NCBI GenBank assembly: GCA_050944035.1 | Contig: JBMNQH010000004.1 | Location: 2,995 to 66,994, forward strand | Direction: 5' to 3' | DNA: 64,000 nt | Origin: Oscillospiraceae bacterium | GTDB taxonomy: Bacteria > Bacillota > Clostridia > Oscillospirales > Oscillospiraceae | In this document: positions 44,931-54,469 of the stretch, piece after piece | How positions within the stretch are numbered: the first letter of the stretch is position 1 | How the letters are laid out: every line of letters starts with the position of its first letter | Position numbers and translations under genes: made by a program | Notes under the pieces: generated by a model | What the model saw: the letters and a program-made list of their open reading frames with translations, nothing else | What the model was told of the DNA's origin: nothing | Databases searched by the model: none

Positions 44931-45362
44931 TTAAATTACAGGAGTTTCGCAGATTTCTGGCGCTTCAAGCAGAGTGTAATAGTGTGGATTACCGAAGTAG
45001 ATATCTTCCAACACCGTAATATTGTCGGTTCGCTCTGAAAAACGAGCACCACGGAGTCCAGCGCCTTCTAAAAAGGCTTCCATGGAATCAAATTTTTGAT
45101 CATCTAGGAAAAACTCAATATCAAAGGAACGTCCCTGATCGTCCATGTCCGAGCCAATAACCCAGCCCTGGTACAAAATTTCAAGCGTAGATAGCGGAGA
45201 ATCAATTTCCAAAAGATCACGAAATAGACCAATCACATCAACGGATTTACAAACCAAAAAATATTTGTGATTGCGTTTTTTACGAAAGAGCCGTTTCGGT
45301 TGGTTATTTTCTTCCTCAATCCGGTGCGATTTCCAAGGTTCCTTTTTGTCAAATAGTCCCAT
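44931..45362 (-). CDS. Hypothetical protein
   Basis: 143-aa ORF with no motif I recognise. Confidence 0.45.
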   Translation of the reverse strand: MGLFDKKEPWKSHRIEEENNQPKRLFRKKRNHKYFLVCKSVDVIGLFRDLLEIDSPLSTLEILYQGWVIGSDMDDQGRSFDIEFFLDDQKFDSMEAFLEGAGLRGARFSERTDNITVLEDIYFGNPHYYTLLEAPEICETPVI

Positions 45363-45542
45363 ATATGCGTCTCCTCTCTATGCTTTATATCTAGTTGGAA
45401 CTATATTATAATTCTATCCTGCATAGCAAGGTGAAAACAGCATAACTTTTCGTCCGTTGACGAATGATTTGTCCAAGATTATAATACAGTAAACTATAGT
45501 CGGCGAAAACCGGCCTTGCAAACGAAAGAGAAGGTGACCAAT

Positions 45543-47072
45543 ATGAAGTTATCCAATGCGGCCGCAATGCGGCAGGCGGACCGAATCGCCATTGCAGAGC
45601 GCGGGATCCCCTCCGATGAACTGATGATGACTGCGGCCGGACACGTTGCCAGCGCGGCATTGGAACAAATGGGGGAGAATCTCCGTGCCGTGATTTTCTG
45701 TGGCAGCGGAAACAACGGCGGCGACGGTGTTGCGACGGCAGTGCATTTGATTCCGGAGGGTGTTTCTTGTCGTGTGCTGCTGGTCGGAAGCCGTGCACGT
45801 ATGACGGAGGACACCAGAGAAATGGAGCGGCGCCTGCAGGCGCTCGGCGGCATACTGGAGGATTTTGATCCCGATGACGCTTCTTTGTCGCAGCAGCTGG
45901 CAGAGGCAGGCGTCGTGATTGACGCCATGTTCGGCATTGGTCTAAACAGCGATCTGCGCGGGAATGCGTTGGCGGCGGTGAGGTTCATCAATGCTTGTAT
46001 GACGCCGGTCGTTGCCGCGGATATTGCCAGCGGTGTCGAGGCGGATACCGGCCGGATCCTTGGGGATGCTGTTCATGCAACTGTGACAGTGACATTTTCT
46101 CTGGCCAAACCCGGCCATGTGCTGGAGCCGGGCTGTATTTACTGCGGAGAATTGCAGGTTCAGGACATTGGCATTCCGGCAGATTTGATTGCGGCAGCGG
46201 CAGAAACCGGCATCGAGGCGGTGACGGAAGCGGATGTCTCCCTGCCGCAGCGGGCACGGCTCAGTCACAAGGGCGATTATGGAAAACTGTTGATTGTGGG
46301 TGGCAGTGTTGGTTATACCGGTGCGCCGGTGCTCTGTTCCAATGCGGCCTGCCGGAGCGGTGCGGGGCTGGTTTGGCTCGGTGTACCGGAATCGATCTAT
46401 GCCATTGCAGCGGGAAAAGTCAATGAGGCCATGCCATTTCCGCTTCCGGCAAAAGATGGCAGCCTCTGCGGTGCGGCAAAAGCGGAAATTCTCACGCATC
46501 TGGACCGTTGCGATGTACTGGTTCTTGGTCCCGGACTTGGACGGACAGAAGAAACACTGGATTTGGTGCGGGAACTGGTTGCTGAGACAGAAAAACCAGT
46601 GGTTGTGGATGCGGACGGCCTGACTGCATTGGCGAACCATCTGGAAATATTGCAGGCGGCCAAGGCTCCTGTGATTCTGACGCCGCATGAAGGAGAATTC
46701 GTCCGCGTTGGCGGTGTAATGACGGGGGATCGTGCGGCGGATGCATGTGCATTTGCTGTACAGAATCGCTGTATTCTGGTGCTGAAAGGCCACCGAACAG
46801 TTTGTGCCTTCCCGGATGGCAACGTATTTGTCAATACAACGGGCAATCCGGGTATGGCGACGGGCGGATCCGGCGATGTACTGGCCGGCATTCTTGGTGG
46901 ACTGCTGGGGCAGCTTCCGACCAAGCGGGCGGTGGTTACAGCCGTGTGGCTGCATGGCCGGGCCGGTGATCTGGCCGCAGAATGCTATGGTGAATATGCC
47001 ATGCTGCCGTCTGATTGTATTGCGCTGCTGGCAGATGCGGAATACCAAATTCTGGAGGCAGAGGCAAAATAA
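45543..47072 (+). CDS. nnr: Bifunctional NAD(P)H-hydrate repair enzyme (epimerase/dehydratase)
   Basis: 509 aa. YjeF N-terminal domain (GSGNNGGDG) and a carbohydrate-kinase-like C-terminal domain (GGSGDVLAG). Confidence 0.9.
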   Translation: MKLSNAAAMRQADRIAIAERGIPSDELMMTAAGHVASAALEQMGENLRAVIFCGSGNNGGDGVATAVHLIPEGVSCRVLLVGSRARMTEDTREMERRLQALGGILEDFDPDDASLSQQLAEAGVVIDAMFGIGLNSDLRGNALAAVRFINACMTPVVAADIASGVEADTGRILGDAVHATVTVTFSLAKPGHVLEPGCIYCGELQVQDIGIPADLIAAAAETGIEAVTEADVSLPQRARLSHKGDYGKLLIVGGSVGYTGAPVLCSNAACRSGAGLVWLGVPESIYAIAAGKVNEAMPFPLPAKDGSLCGAAKAEILTHLDRCDVLVLGPGLGRTEETLDLVRELVAETEKPVVVDADGLTALANHLEILQAAKAPVILTPHEGEFVRVGGVMTGDRAADACAFAVQNRCILVLKGHRTVCAFPDGNVFVNTTGNPGMATGGSGDVLAGILGGLLGQLPTKRAVVTAVWLHGRAGDLAAECYGEYAMLPSDCIALLADAEYQILEAEAK

Positions 47073-47087
47073 ATTAGGAGGAACGGT

Positions 47088-47669
47088 ATGAGACGGGCAT
47101 TCTTTCCCGTACTGATGATAAGCTTTGTTCTGTTGTGCAGCTGTGCCAAGGGTCAGCCGAAAGAGCAGAAGATGGAAGAACGATTTTTGGAATTTCGCGA
47201 GAATATCCAGAACTGTTACCTTATGCTGAATGCAGAGATCACGGCGGATTATGGAGACCATGTTGAGGCATATACCATAAACAGCCGTGAAACGACGGAG
47301 GGAACAGATCTGGAGGTTGTGGAACCGGAAACCATTCGCGGCATCTGCGCCACGACGGATGGAGAGACATTTTCTCTGGCTTATGAGGGCGTCATCCTAG
47401 ACGTTGGCGCATTGACCAGTACGGGTATTACCCCGCTTTCCGGTCTTCCGGTACTTGCAAGCGCGATGCGCGAGGGGCATGTCGAGCGCTGTTGGGAGGA
47501 AACATATCAGGAGCGGGATGCCCTTGCCGTCTCCCTCTGCACGGAAAAGGATACGGTGATAACGCTCTGGCTCGATGCAAACGACCTGACGCCATTTTCT
47601 GCGGAATTGGCAGAAAACGGACAGACGGTGCTGTTTTATACCGTTACAGACTGGTCAACGAACGCTTAA
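47088..47669 (+). CDS. Lipoprotein, YdcC-like position
   Basis: 193 aa. Signal peptide with lipobox LLCSC. Confidence 0.6.
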   Translation: MRRAFFPVLMISFVLLCSCAKGQPKEQKMEERFLEFRENIQNCYLMLNAEITADYGDHVEAYTINSRETTEGTDLEVVEPETIRGICATTDGETFSLAYEGVILDVGALTSTGITPLSGLPVLASAMREGHVERCWEETYQERDALAVSLCTEKDTVITLWLDANDLTPFSAELAENGQTVLFYTVTDWSTNA

Positions 47670-47789
47670 ATTAAAATTTTATGCCGGACATGGTGCCAGG
47701 GCATGTATAAAAAACGCTGCGATGTGAGAGAATGATAGCAGTCCGTTACATAGTATGTAGAGGGCGACAATCCTTCATCGGAGTGTGAA

Positions 47790-48143
47790 GTGCAAATGAG
47801 TAACGTAAAACGAGGAGATATCTATTATGCCGATCTCAGTCCCGTGGTCGGTAGTGAACAAGGCGGCCTTCGTCCAGTCTTGATCGTACAAAACGATACG
47901 GGGAACCGGCATAGTCCGACCGTGATTGCTGCAGCAATCACTTCCCAAATCGGGAAAGCTAGATTGCCGACGCACATCGAACTGGAGGCCAAAAGCTGTG
48001 GTCTGACGCGTGACAGTGTGATTCTGCTGGAGCAGATTCGCACCATTGACAAGTCCCGTCTGCGGGAACGCATGGGGAAATTGAACGAGCCTGTTATGAA
48101 CCAGGTGGACGATGCCATTGCCGTCAGCTTTGGACTTCATTGA
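47790..48143 (+). CDS. mazF: MazF/EndoA (PemK-family) mRNA interferase toxin
   Basis: 117 aa. Contains [32 protein letters not shown] start 6 nt after GGAG. An ATG at 47796 is an alternative start. Confidence 0.88.
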   Translation: MQMSNVKRGDIYYADLSPVVGSEQGGLRPVLIVQNDTGNRHSPTVIAAAITSQIGKARLPTHIELEAKSCGLTRDSVILLEQIRTIDKSRLRERMGKLNEPVMNQVDDAIAVSFGLH

Positions 48144-48195
48144 ACTTTGGTTGCTATCACAGTCCCGGATGTTCTGTCCGGGACGTACATAATCG

Positions 48196-48233
48196 AAAAT
48201 TCCCGCTCATACAATGATGCGGGAATTTTTTTA
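48196..48233 (+). terminator. Intrinsic terminator after mazF
   Basis: AATTCCCGC-N12-GCGGGAATT followed by TTTTT. A second hairpin lies at 48162-48184. Confidence 0.7.
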
Positions 48234-48249
48234 TTCGGAGGGATTCAGG

Positions 48250-48915
48250 ATGGAACGATTGGAAGGCACCTATCCCATCCGCATTGGCGGGGAAACAATT
48301 GGAACCTTGTCGGTTGTACAGGAAGGACTGATGACGGTATTTTCGGCGAGTTGCCGTGATGATGGAGCGTTGATTCGTCTGTCGGTGTTTGATGAGACGG
48401 GAAACCGCGGATATCTCGGGGTGATGCTGCCGGAAAATGGACAATTGTATTTGGTAAAGCGCTTGAGCCGTGCAGGATTGACCGGATTTCCGGAGACCAT
48501 TGCCTATGCGGGCATGGAACAGGAGCAACTGGAAGGGGAATCAAATCAAACGTTGGAAACAGAGCAACCGGTGGAGAAGGCAGAGAAAGAAGAAATGCAG
48601 GAACAGGCAGAGGAAACCACAGAATTAAAATCAGAATCGGAGTCTATATCCGAACCGGAGCCGGAGTTAAAAGCAGAGTCTCATGAAAAGGATTTGATTT
48701 GGAAAATGCAGCCAAATCCATGGTCGCTGTTTTCGGAACCGAAAATTAAATTGGCTCTGCGCAGTGTGCGCGGTGCGTTGACAGCCACAGAAGAAGGTAC
48801 TGTATTGCTTGCAATTCCACGATCTCTTGACGGCGTTATGTTGCCGGAGCAGATCATGGAAGCAGGAGAACCGCGTAACATTGATGGAATAGACTATGTT
48901 GTGTTTCGCCTTTAA
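48250..48915 (+). CDS. Hypothetical two-domain protein with a highly acidic linker
   Basis: 221 aa from the ATG behind GGAGGG. The central stretch is rich in E, Q and S. Confidence 0.5.
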   Translation: MERLEGTYPIRIGGETIGTLSVVQEGLMTVFSASCRDDGALIRLSVFDETGNRGYLGVMLPENGQLYLVKRLSRAGLTGFPETIAYAGMEQEQLEGESNQTLETEQPVEKAEKEEMQEQAEETTELKSESESISEPEPELKAESHEKDLIWKMQPNPWSLFSEPKIKLALRSVRGALTATEEGTVLLAIPRSLDGVMLPEQIMEAGEPRNIDGIDYVVFRL

Positions 48916-49003
48916 TTTGAAAAAAGTTTTTCACACAAAACCGTATAACATACCAGCGCGGCGGGAAAGATAACGGTGCAATAAACCAAAGGAGGACGTA
49001 ACG

Positions 49004-49189
49004 ATGGCAAATCTGACATGCAAAGAACTTTCCGCGCTGGAAGACCAGATCAGCTATGAACAGACTCTGGTCAAAAAATATGAGGCAATGGCTTGCCTTT
49101 GTGATGATACCAAGATTCAGCGCAGCCTGAATGATATCGCAAACAAACATCGCCAGCACTACAGCACGCTGGTAAACTTTTTGCACTAA
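49004..49189 (+). CDS. Small spore-coat-associated protein (partner of CotF-like gene)
   Basis: 61 aa, directly upstream of the Coat F gene. Assignment rests on context. Confidence 0.45.
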   Translation: MANLTCKELSALEDQISYEQTLVKKYEAMACLCDDTKIQRSLNDIANKHRQHYSTLVNFLH

Positions 49190-49203
49190 GGAGGAAGAGA
49201 ACA

Positions 49204-49482
49204 ATGACCAATCCTGGACAGTGCGCACAGATTATGGGCGCAAAAGAGATTCTACAGGACTCTCTGATCAGTCAGAAGCTGATTACCGACAGCTATAACA
49301 CGTTTGCAGGCGAGTGCGTGAACCCGCAGCTCCGCGGTGCATTTCTGAACATTCTGGAAGATGAGCACAACATTCAGGCAAGTGTGTTTTCTACCATGCA
49401 GGCTAACGGCTGGTATCAGGTAGAGCCGGCTGAACAGCAGAAAGTGCAGCAGGCAAAACAGAAGTTCTCCATGCAGCCCTAA
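49204..49482 (+). CDS. Spore coat protein, Coat F domain
   Basis: 92 aa. EILQDSLISQKLITDSYNTFAGECVNPQLR resembles CotF family proteins. Confidence 0.65.
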   Translation: MTNPGQCAQIMGAKEILQDSLISQKLITDSYNTFAGECVNPQLRGAFLNILEDEHNIQASVFSTMQANGWYQVEPAEQQKVQQAKQKFSMQP

Positions 49483-49497
49483 CCGGCGGGATCATTT

Positions 49498-49540
49498 CAA
49501 AAAGCACAGGCAGTAAAATACTGCCTGTGCTTTTTGTTTG
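49498..49540 (+). terminator. Terminator after the coat protein genes
   Basis: AGCACAGGCAGTA-aaa-TACTGCCTGTGCT followed by TTTTTGTTTG. Confidence 0.85.
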
Positions 49541-49612
49541 TGTAGAAAACAAAATTGCAGTGTGTTATACTGTTGAAGTCGAAATAACAGGAACAAAGGA
49601 GGAGTTGTTACC

Positions 49613-50971
49613 ATGCTTATGCGCGAACTGATTGTAAAAAAACGAGATGGCAATGCACTGAGTACAGAGGAAATTGCCTTTATGATACACGGCTATGTTG
49701 ACGGAAGCATTCCAGATTACCAGATGTCAGCCATGCTGATGGCCATCTATTACCGGGGGATGAGTGCACGGGAGACGCTGGATCTCACCATGGCGATGTT
49801 ACATAGCGGCAGTTCCCTCGACCTCTCCGTGATTGACGGAGTCAAAGCGGACAAGCACAGCACCGGTGGGGTCGGGGATAAGACCTCTCTGGTACTCTGC
49901 CCAATGGTTGCGGCACAAGGTGTGAAAATTGCAAAGATGTCCGGACGCGGATTGGGGCATACCGGCGGTACGATTGATAAATTGGAGAGTATTCCTGGTT
50001 TCAACTGCGGTATTTCGGAAGCGCAGTTTCTGGAACAGGTCAACCGGATTGGCATCGCAATTGCAAGCCAGACGCATGATGTCGATCCGGCAGATAAGAA
50101 ACTGTACGCTCTGCGCGATGTTACCGGTACAGTGGACAGCCGGCCGCTGATTGTCAGCAGCATTATGAGCAAAAAGCTTGCTGCCGGTGCGGATGTCATT
50201 GTACTCGATGTGAAAATGGGTGATGGTGCCTTTATGAAGACACTGGAAGATGCACAGCAGCTTGCGGCTGACATGGTCGATGTCGGTTGCCGCGCGGGTC
50301 GAAAAACTGTCGCGGTGATTACGGATATGGATGAACCACTTGGCTGTGCCATTGGCAATGCACTGGAGGTGAAAGAAGCCATTTCTGTACTTCGGGGGGA
50401 GAATGCAGGCCATCTGCGGGAGCTGTGTCTGGTGCTGGGAAGCAATATACTGCTTGCCGCCGGCAAAGCGCAAAACCAACAGGAAGCAACGGCAATGTTG
50501 GAACGCAGTCTGGAGAACGGCAGCGCGCTGGAAAAGCTTGCGGATATGGTGGAAGCACAAGGGGGAAACCGTGAAGCAATTTACCATTCGGAACTTCTTC
50601 CACAGGCACCGATCAAGGTTTCAGTTCCTTCTCCAATGACCGGCTATGTATCAGGCATTCGTGCGGAAAATGTGGGTCTGGTTTGTCTGCATCTGGGTGG
50701 GGGGCGTGCGACCAAAGAAAGCACAATTGACCCCGCAGTTGGTATTTTACTGCACAAAAAGGTGGGCGACGCGATCGTGGAAGGAGAGATTTTGGCGGAG
50801 ATCCATGCTGCGGATCCGCACAAAGCAGCCAAAGCGGTGAAGATGTTACAGGACTGCTATACGTTTAGCAAAAATCAACCAAAACAGACAGGGTTTATTC
50901 GGAAAATTGTGCAGTTTGAGGATGTACAAGATATACAAAAAAATGCATTTGACTTTAGTACTTTGCAATAG
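49613..50971 (+). CDS. pdp: Pyrimidine-nucleoside (thymidine) phosphorylase
   Basis: 452 aa. Contains KHSTGGVGDK and SGRGLGHTGGTIDKLES. Confidence 0.92.
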   Translation: MLMRELIVKKRDGNALSTEEIAFMIHGYVDGSIPDYQMSAMLMAIYYRGMSARETLDLTMAMLHSGSSLDLSVIDGVKADKHSTGGVGDKTSLVLCPMVAAQGVKIAKMSGRGLGHTGGTIDKLESIPGFNCGISEAQFLEQVNRIGIAIASQTHDVDPADKKLYALRDVTGTVDSRPLIVSSIMSKKLAAGADVIVLDVKMGDGAFMKTLEDAQQLAADMVDVGCRAGRKTVAVITDMDEPLGCAIGNALEVKEAISVLRGENAGHLRELCLVLGSNILLAAGKAQNQQEATAMLERSLENGSALEKLADMVEAQGGNREAIYHSELLPQAPIKVSVPSPMTGYVSGIRAENVGLVCLHLGGGRATKESTIDPAVGILLHKKVGDAIVEGEILAEIHAADPHKAAKAVKMLQDCYTFSKNQPKQTGFIRKIVQFEDVQDIQKNAFDFSTLQ

Positions 50972-50975
50972 TACA

Positions 50976-51728
50976 ATGCTTAAGAAAACAATTTATGTTT
51001 ATTCGACAAAGGGGGGGCTTGCACTGAAGAAGGTTTATGTCCTGATTGGCAACTTCGGTAGTGGAAAAACAGAGCTTGCATTGAACTTTGCACTTAAGGC
51101 CGCAGAGACAGGAAAAACATTGTTGATTGATCTGGATATGGTCAATACGTATTTCCGATTAACCGAGCGGAAGGCCATGATTGCAGAAGCTGGCATCCAT
51201 CTGATTTCTCCCAACTTTGTTTCCACCAATGTTGAGACGCTTTCCCTTCCGGCAGAAGTTGCCTCAGCGTTCCATCTGGATTGGGATACGGTAGTGTTTG
51301 ATGTCGGCGGCGACCCTGCCGGTGCGACTGCGCTGGGTAGATTTCATAGCGAGTTTATGGAGCTTGCACCCGGTCAGTTAGAGGTGCTGGATGTCGTCAA
51401 TGTTCGCCGTCCAATGTCAGGTACCGTGGACAAGGTCCTCCATCTGATGGAGGACATGCAGCGCAACGCGCGCATTCCGGTCACCGGGTTTGTCAACAAT
51501 ACCAACCTGGCAGAACAGACAACAGAGAACGAACTGCGAGACGGATTCCGTATATTGAAAGAGGCTGTGCAGAAGAGCGGTGTTCCAGTGGCATATACGA
51601 CCGGAAAATCCGATGCTTTGCAGGCTTTTCTGGCCGAAGAATATGACGCTGCTTATATCGGTACCCCAATAGAGATTGGTACCTATATGCACAGAGACTG
51701 GGCTACCTTTGAGCAGTTCGGACTTTGA
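50976..51728 (+). CDS. P-loop NTPase (MinD/ParA-like SIMIBI class) preceding the oxidoreductase genes
   Basis: Walker A GNFGSGKTE. The ATG at 50976 has no SD. An in-frame CTG at 51024 lies 6 nt after AAAGGGGGGG and would give a typical MKKVYVLIG-type N-terminus. Confidence 0.6.
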   Translation: MLKKTIYVYSTKGGLALKKVYVLIGNFGSGKTELALNFALKAAETGKTLLIDLDMVNTYFRLTERKAMIAEAGIHLISPNFVSTNVETLSLPAEVASAFHLDWDTVVFDVGGDPAGATALGRFHSEFMELAPGQLEVLDVVNVRRPMSGTVDKVLHLMEDMQRNARIPVTGFVNNTNLAEQTTENELRDGFRILKEAVQKSGVPVAYTTGKSDALQAFLAEEYDAAYIGTPIEIGTYMHRDWATFEQFGL

Positions 51729-51764
51729 ACAAAAAAGGTCTATTATAGAAAAGAGGTTTGACAT

Positions 51765-51977
51765 ATGGTAGTACGCATCACGATTGATGAAGAACTTTGT
51801 AAGGGCTGTGGCCTATGTGCACGTGCCTGTCCCAAGAACATTCTTGAGATTTCCAAGGCAAAGCTGAATGCAAAGGGCTATCACCCCGCAACAGTTACCG
51901 ATATCGACGCCTGTATTGCCTGCGCATCCTGCGCACGTACATGTCCCGATGTCGTCATTCGTATTGAAAAGGAATAG
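51765..51977 (+). CDS. 2-oxoacid:ferredoxin oxidoreductase delta subunit (2x[4Fe-4S])
   Basis: 70 aa. CKGCGLCARACP and CIACASCARTCP. Confidence 0.88.
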   Translation: MVVRITIDEELCKGCGLCARACPKNILEISKAKLNAKGYHPATVTDIDACIACASCARTCPDVVIRIEKE

Positions 51978-51989
51978 GAGGAACGATCC

Positions 51990-53063
51990 ATGGCAAAAAC
52001 ACTGATGAAAGGCAATGAAGCGATTGCAGAGGCCGCAATCCGCGCCGGCTGCCGTTTCTTCTTTGGCTATCCGATCACCCCGCAAACCGAGGTTCCGGAA
52101 TACATGTCCGCAAGAATGCCGGAAATCGGCGGCTGCTATCTGCAGGCAGAAAGTGAAGTTGCAGCAATCAATATGGTATTCGGTGCAGCAGGCACCGGCG
52201 CCCGTGTTATGACCAGTTCTTCCAGCCCAGGAATCAGCCTGAAGCAGGAAGGAATTTCCTACATTGCAGCAGCAGAACTGCCCTGTGTTATCATCAATGT
52301 CATGCGCGGCGGACCCGGTCTGGGTGGCATTCAGGCTTCCCAGGGTGACTACTTTCAGGCCACCAAGGGCGGCGGTCACGGCGATTATCACATGATCGTT
52401 CTGGCGCCTGCTTCTGTTCAGGAGACCATTGATATGATGGTCGAAGCGTTTGATCTCGCAGAGGAGTATCGTACGCCGGTTATGCTGATCGCAGACGGTA
52501 TCATCGGGCAGATGATGGAGCCTGTTGAACTGCCTGAAATGCAGGATTTCAAGGTCGATCCGGAAAAGAAGCCCTGGGCTGCAACCGGTTGGAAGCCCGG
52601 CGATAAGAAGCCCCGTGCGATCATCAACTCTCTGTACATTGAAGTGGAAGAAATGCATGAGCTGAACATGCGTTTGCAGGAGCGGTATGCCCGTGCCAAG
52701 GAAAAGGTCGCAAGAGCAGAAACCTATAATACCGAGAATGCAGAGTTTGTTATCTGTGCATATGGTACGGTTGCCCGTATCTGTAAGGCTGCGATCAACG
52801 AGTTGAAGGAAGAGGGCATTGAAGTGGGTTTGGTTCGTCCCATTACTCTTTGGCCCTTCCCGGAAAAAGAGGTTCGTGCCGCAATCTGCAGAGAGCAGGT
52901 CAAGGGTGCTCTGACTGTTGAGATCAACGCTGGTCAGATGGTAGAAGATGTACGTCTGGCGGTCAACGGTGACAAGAGAGTCGAATTCCTCGGTCATCCC
53001 GGCAGCAAGGTTCCCAGTGCTGAGGAGATCAAGGAAGTTATCAAGCGCATGAGGGAGGAATAA
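51990..53063 (+). CDS. 2-oxoacid:ferredoxin oxidoreductase alpha subunit
   Basis: 357 aa. MKGNEAIAEAAIRAGC N-terminus. Confidence 0.9.
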   Translation: MAKTLMKGNEAIAEAAIRAGCRFFFGYPITPQTEVPEYMSARMPEIGGCYLQAESEVAAINMVFGAAGTGARVMTSSSSPGISLKQEGISYIAAAELPCVIINVMRGGPGLGGIQASQGDYFQATKGGGHGDYHMIVLAPASVQETIDMMVEAFDLAEEYRTPVMLIADGIIGQMMEPVELPEMQDFKVDPEKKPWAATGWKPGDKKPRAIINSLYIEVEEMHELNMRLQERYARAKEKVARAETYNTENAEFVICAYGTVARICKAAINELKEEGIEVGLVRPITLWPFPEKEVRAAICREQVKGALTVEINAGQMVEDVRLAVNGDKRVEFLGHPGSKVPSAEEIKEVIKRMREE

Positions 53064-53066
53064 GAC

Positions 53067-53810
53067 ATGGCAGTAGTATTTGAAAAAACAAAAATGCTGA
53101 CTGATGCACCCTTTCATTACTGTCCTGGCTGCACCCATGGTATCATTCATCGTCTGGTTGCAGAAGTGATTGATGAAATGGGACTGCAGGAAAAGGCCGT
53201 TGGCGTGGCGCCGGTTGGCTGTGCAGTATTTGCCTATAATTATTTTGATTGTGATATGTATGAGGCCGCACATGGCCGTGCACCTGCCGTTGCGACCGGC
53301 GCAAAGCGTGCAAGACCCGATTCCTGTGTCTTTACCTACCAGGGCGACGGCGATCTTGCCTCCATCGGTACCGCAGAGATTGTCCATGCCGCCCATCGCG
53401 GCGAAAAGATTACAACCATCTTTGTCAACAATGCCATTTATGGTATGACGGGTGGTCAGATGGCGCCTACCACTCTGGTCGGTCAGAAAACCACCACATC
53501 CCCCTATGGTCGTGACGAGAACTGGTGCGGAAGCCCAATTCGGATGTCTGAAATGCTTGCTACTATCGACGGTTCAGCTTATATTGAACGTGTTGCGTTG
53601 AATACCAATGCAAACATTATCAAGGCGAAAAAGGCAATCCGCAAGGCATTTGAGTATCAGATGGAGGGCAAGGGCTTCTCAATGATCGAAGTTCTTTCCA
53701 CCTGTCCCACAAACTGGGGTCTGAATCCGATTGAAGCCATGAAATGGCTGGAAGACAATATGATTCCCTACTATCCCCTCGGTGTTTTTAAGGATAAGGA
53801 GGCTGAATAA
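53067..53810 (+). CDS. 2-oxoacid:ferredoxin oxidoreductase beta subunit (TPP-binding)
   Basis: 247 aa. CPGCTHG and GDGDLASIG. Confidence 0.9.
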   Translation: MAVVFEKTKMLTDAPFHYCPGCTHGIIHRLVAEVIDEMGLQEKAVGVAPVGCAVFAYNYFDCDMYEAAHGRAPAVATGAKRARPDSCVFTYQGDGDLASIGTAEIVHAAHRGEKITTIFVNNAIYGMTGGQMAPTTLVGQKTTTSPYGRDENWCGSPIRMSEMLATIDGSAYIERVALNTNANIIKAKKAIRKAFEYQMEGKGFSMIEVLSTCPTNWGLNPIEAMKWLEDNMIPYYPLGVFKDKEAE

Positions 53811-53812
53811 CG

Positions 53813-54364
53813 ATGCTGGAACAAAATCTGTTCGCAGGATTCGGCGGTCAGGGTATGCTGCTTATTGGCAATTTCCTTGCATATGCCGGTATGATTGAAG
53901 GCAAGCAGGTTTCCTGGCTGCCCTCTTACGGTCCCGAAATGCGTGGCGGTACAGCCAACTGCTCGGTTGTTGTTTCTGACAAGGAGATTGCATCTCCGGT
54001 TATCACCAAGGCGACCTGTGTTGTTGCAATGAACCGTCCTTCTCTGGAAAAGTTTGAAGATATGGTCTGTCCGGGCGGTATGCTGCTGGTCAACAGCAGT
54101 CTGATTGATGTCAAGGCAAAGCGCGATGATATCAACGTATATTATATTCCTGCCAACGAAATTGCAGAGGAACTTGGAACGTCCAAGGTTGCCAATATGG
54201 TGATTTTGGGTGCGTATTTAGAGATCTCCAAGTGTGTGAAGGTAGAGAGTATTCTGGAGGCTCTGCAGCATAAGCTCGGCGCCAGAAAGGCACATTTGCT
54301 CGATGTCAACCGCCGTGCACTTGCAGCAGGGGCTGAGGCGGTCAAGGCGGCAGTCAACGTATAA
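53813..54364 (+). CDS. 2-oxoacid:ferredoxin oxidoreductase gamma subunit
   Basis: 183 aa. Contains GFGGQGMLL. Confidence 0.9.
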   Translation: MLEQNLFAGFGGQGMLLIGNFLAYAGMIEGKQVSWLPSYGPEMRGGTANCSVVVSDKEIASPVITKATCVVAMNRPSLEKFEDMVCPGGMLLVNSSLIDVKAKRDDINVYYIPANEIAEELGTSKVANMVILGAYLEISKCVKVESILEALQHKLGARKAHLLDVNRRALAAGAEAVKAAVNV

Positions 54365-54386
54365 GGCAGTACATTTTTGACATTTT

Positions 54387-54423
54387 AGCTGCGCTGTCGA
54401 TTGAGATGGCGCAGCTTTTTTGT
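54387..54423 (+). terminator. Terminator of the oxidoreductase operon
   Basis: AGCTGCGC-N14-GCGCAGCT followed by TTTTTTG. Confidence 0.8.
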
Positions 54424-54469
54424 GAAAAAGCATTGACAAATACAGAAAAAGCAGATAAGATAAATACGT

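Noticed and set aside
45942-47261. 439-aa minus-strand ORF. The same applies to 51813-53396 and 54544-55899.
   Set aside because: They are shadows of nnr, the oxidoreductase alpha/beta genes and thiC respectively.
47670-47789. A hidden mazE antitoxin ORF upstream of mazF.
   Set aside because: All frames give only ORFs of at most 18 codons without an RBS. No RHH or AbrB-like peptide is present.
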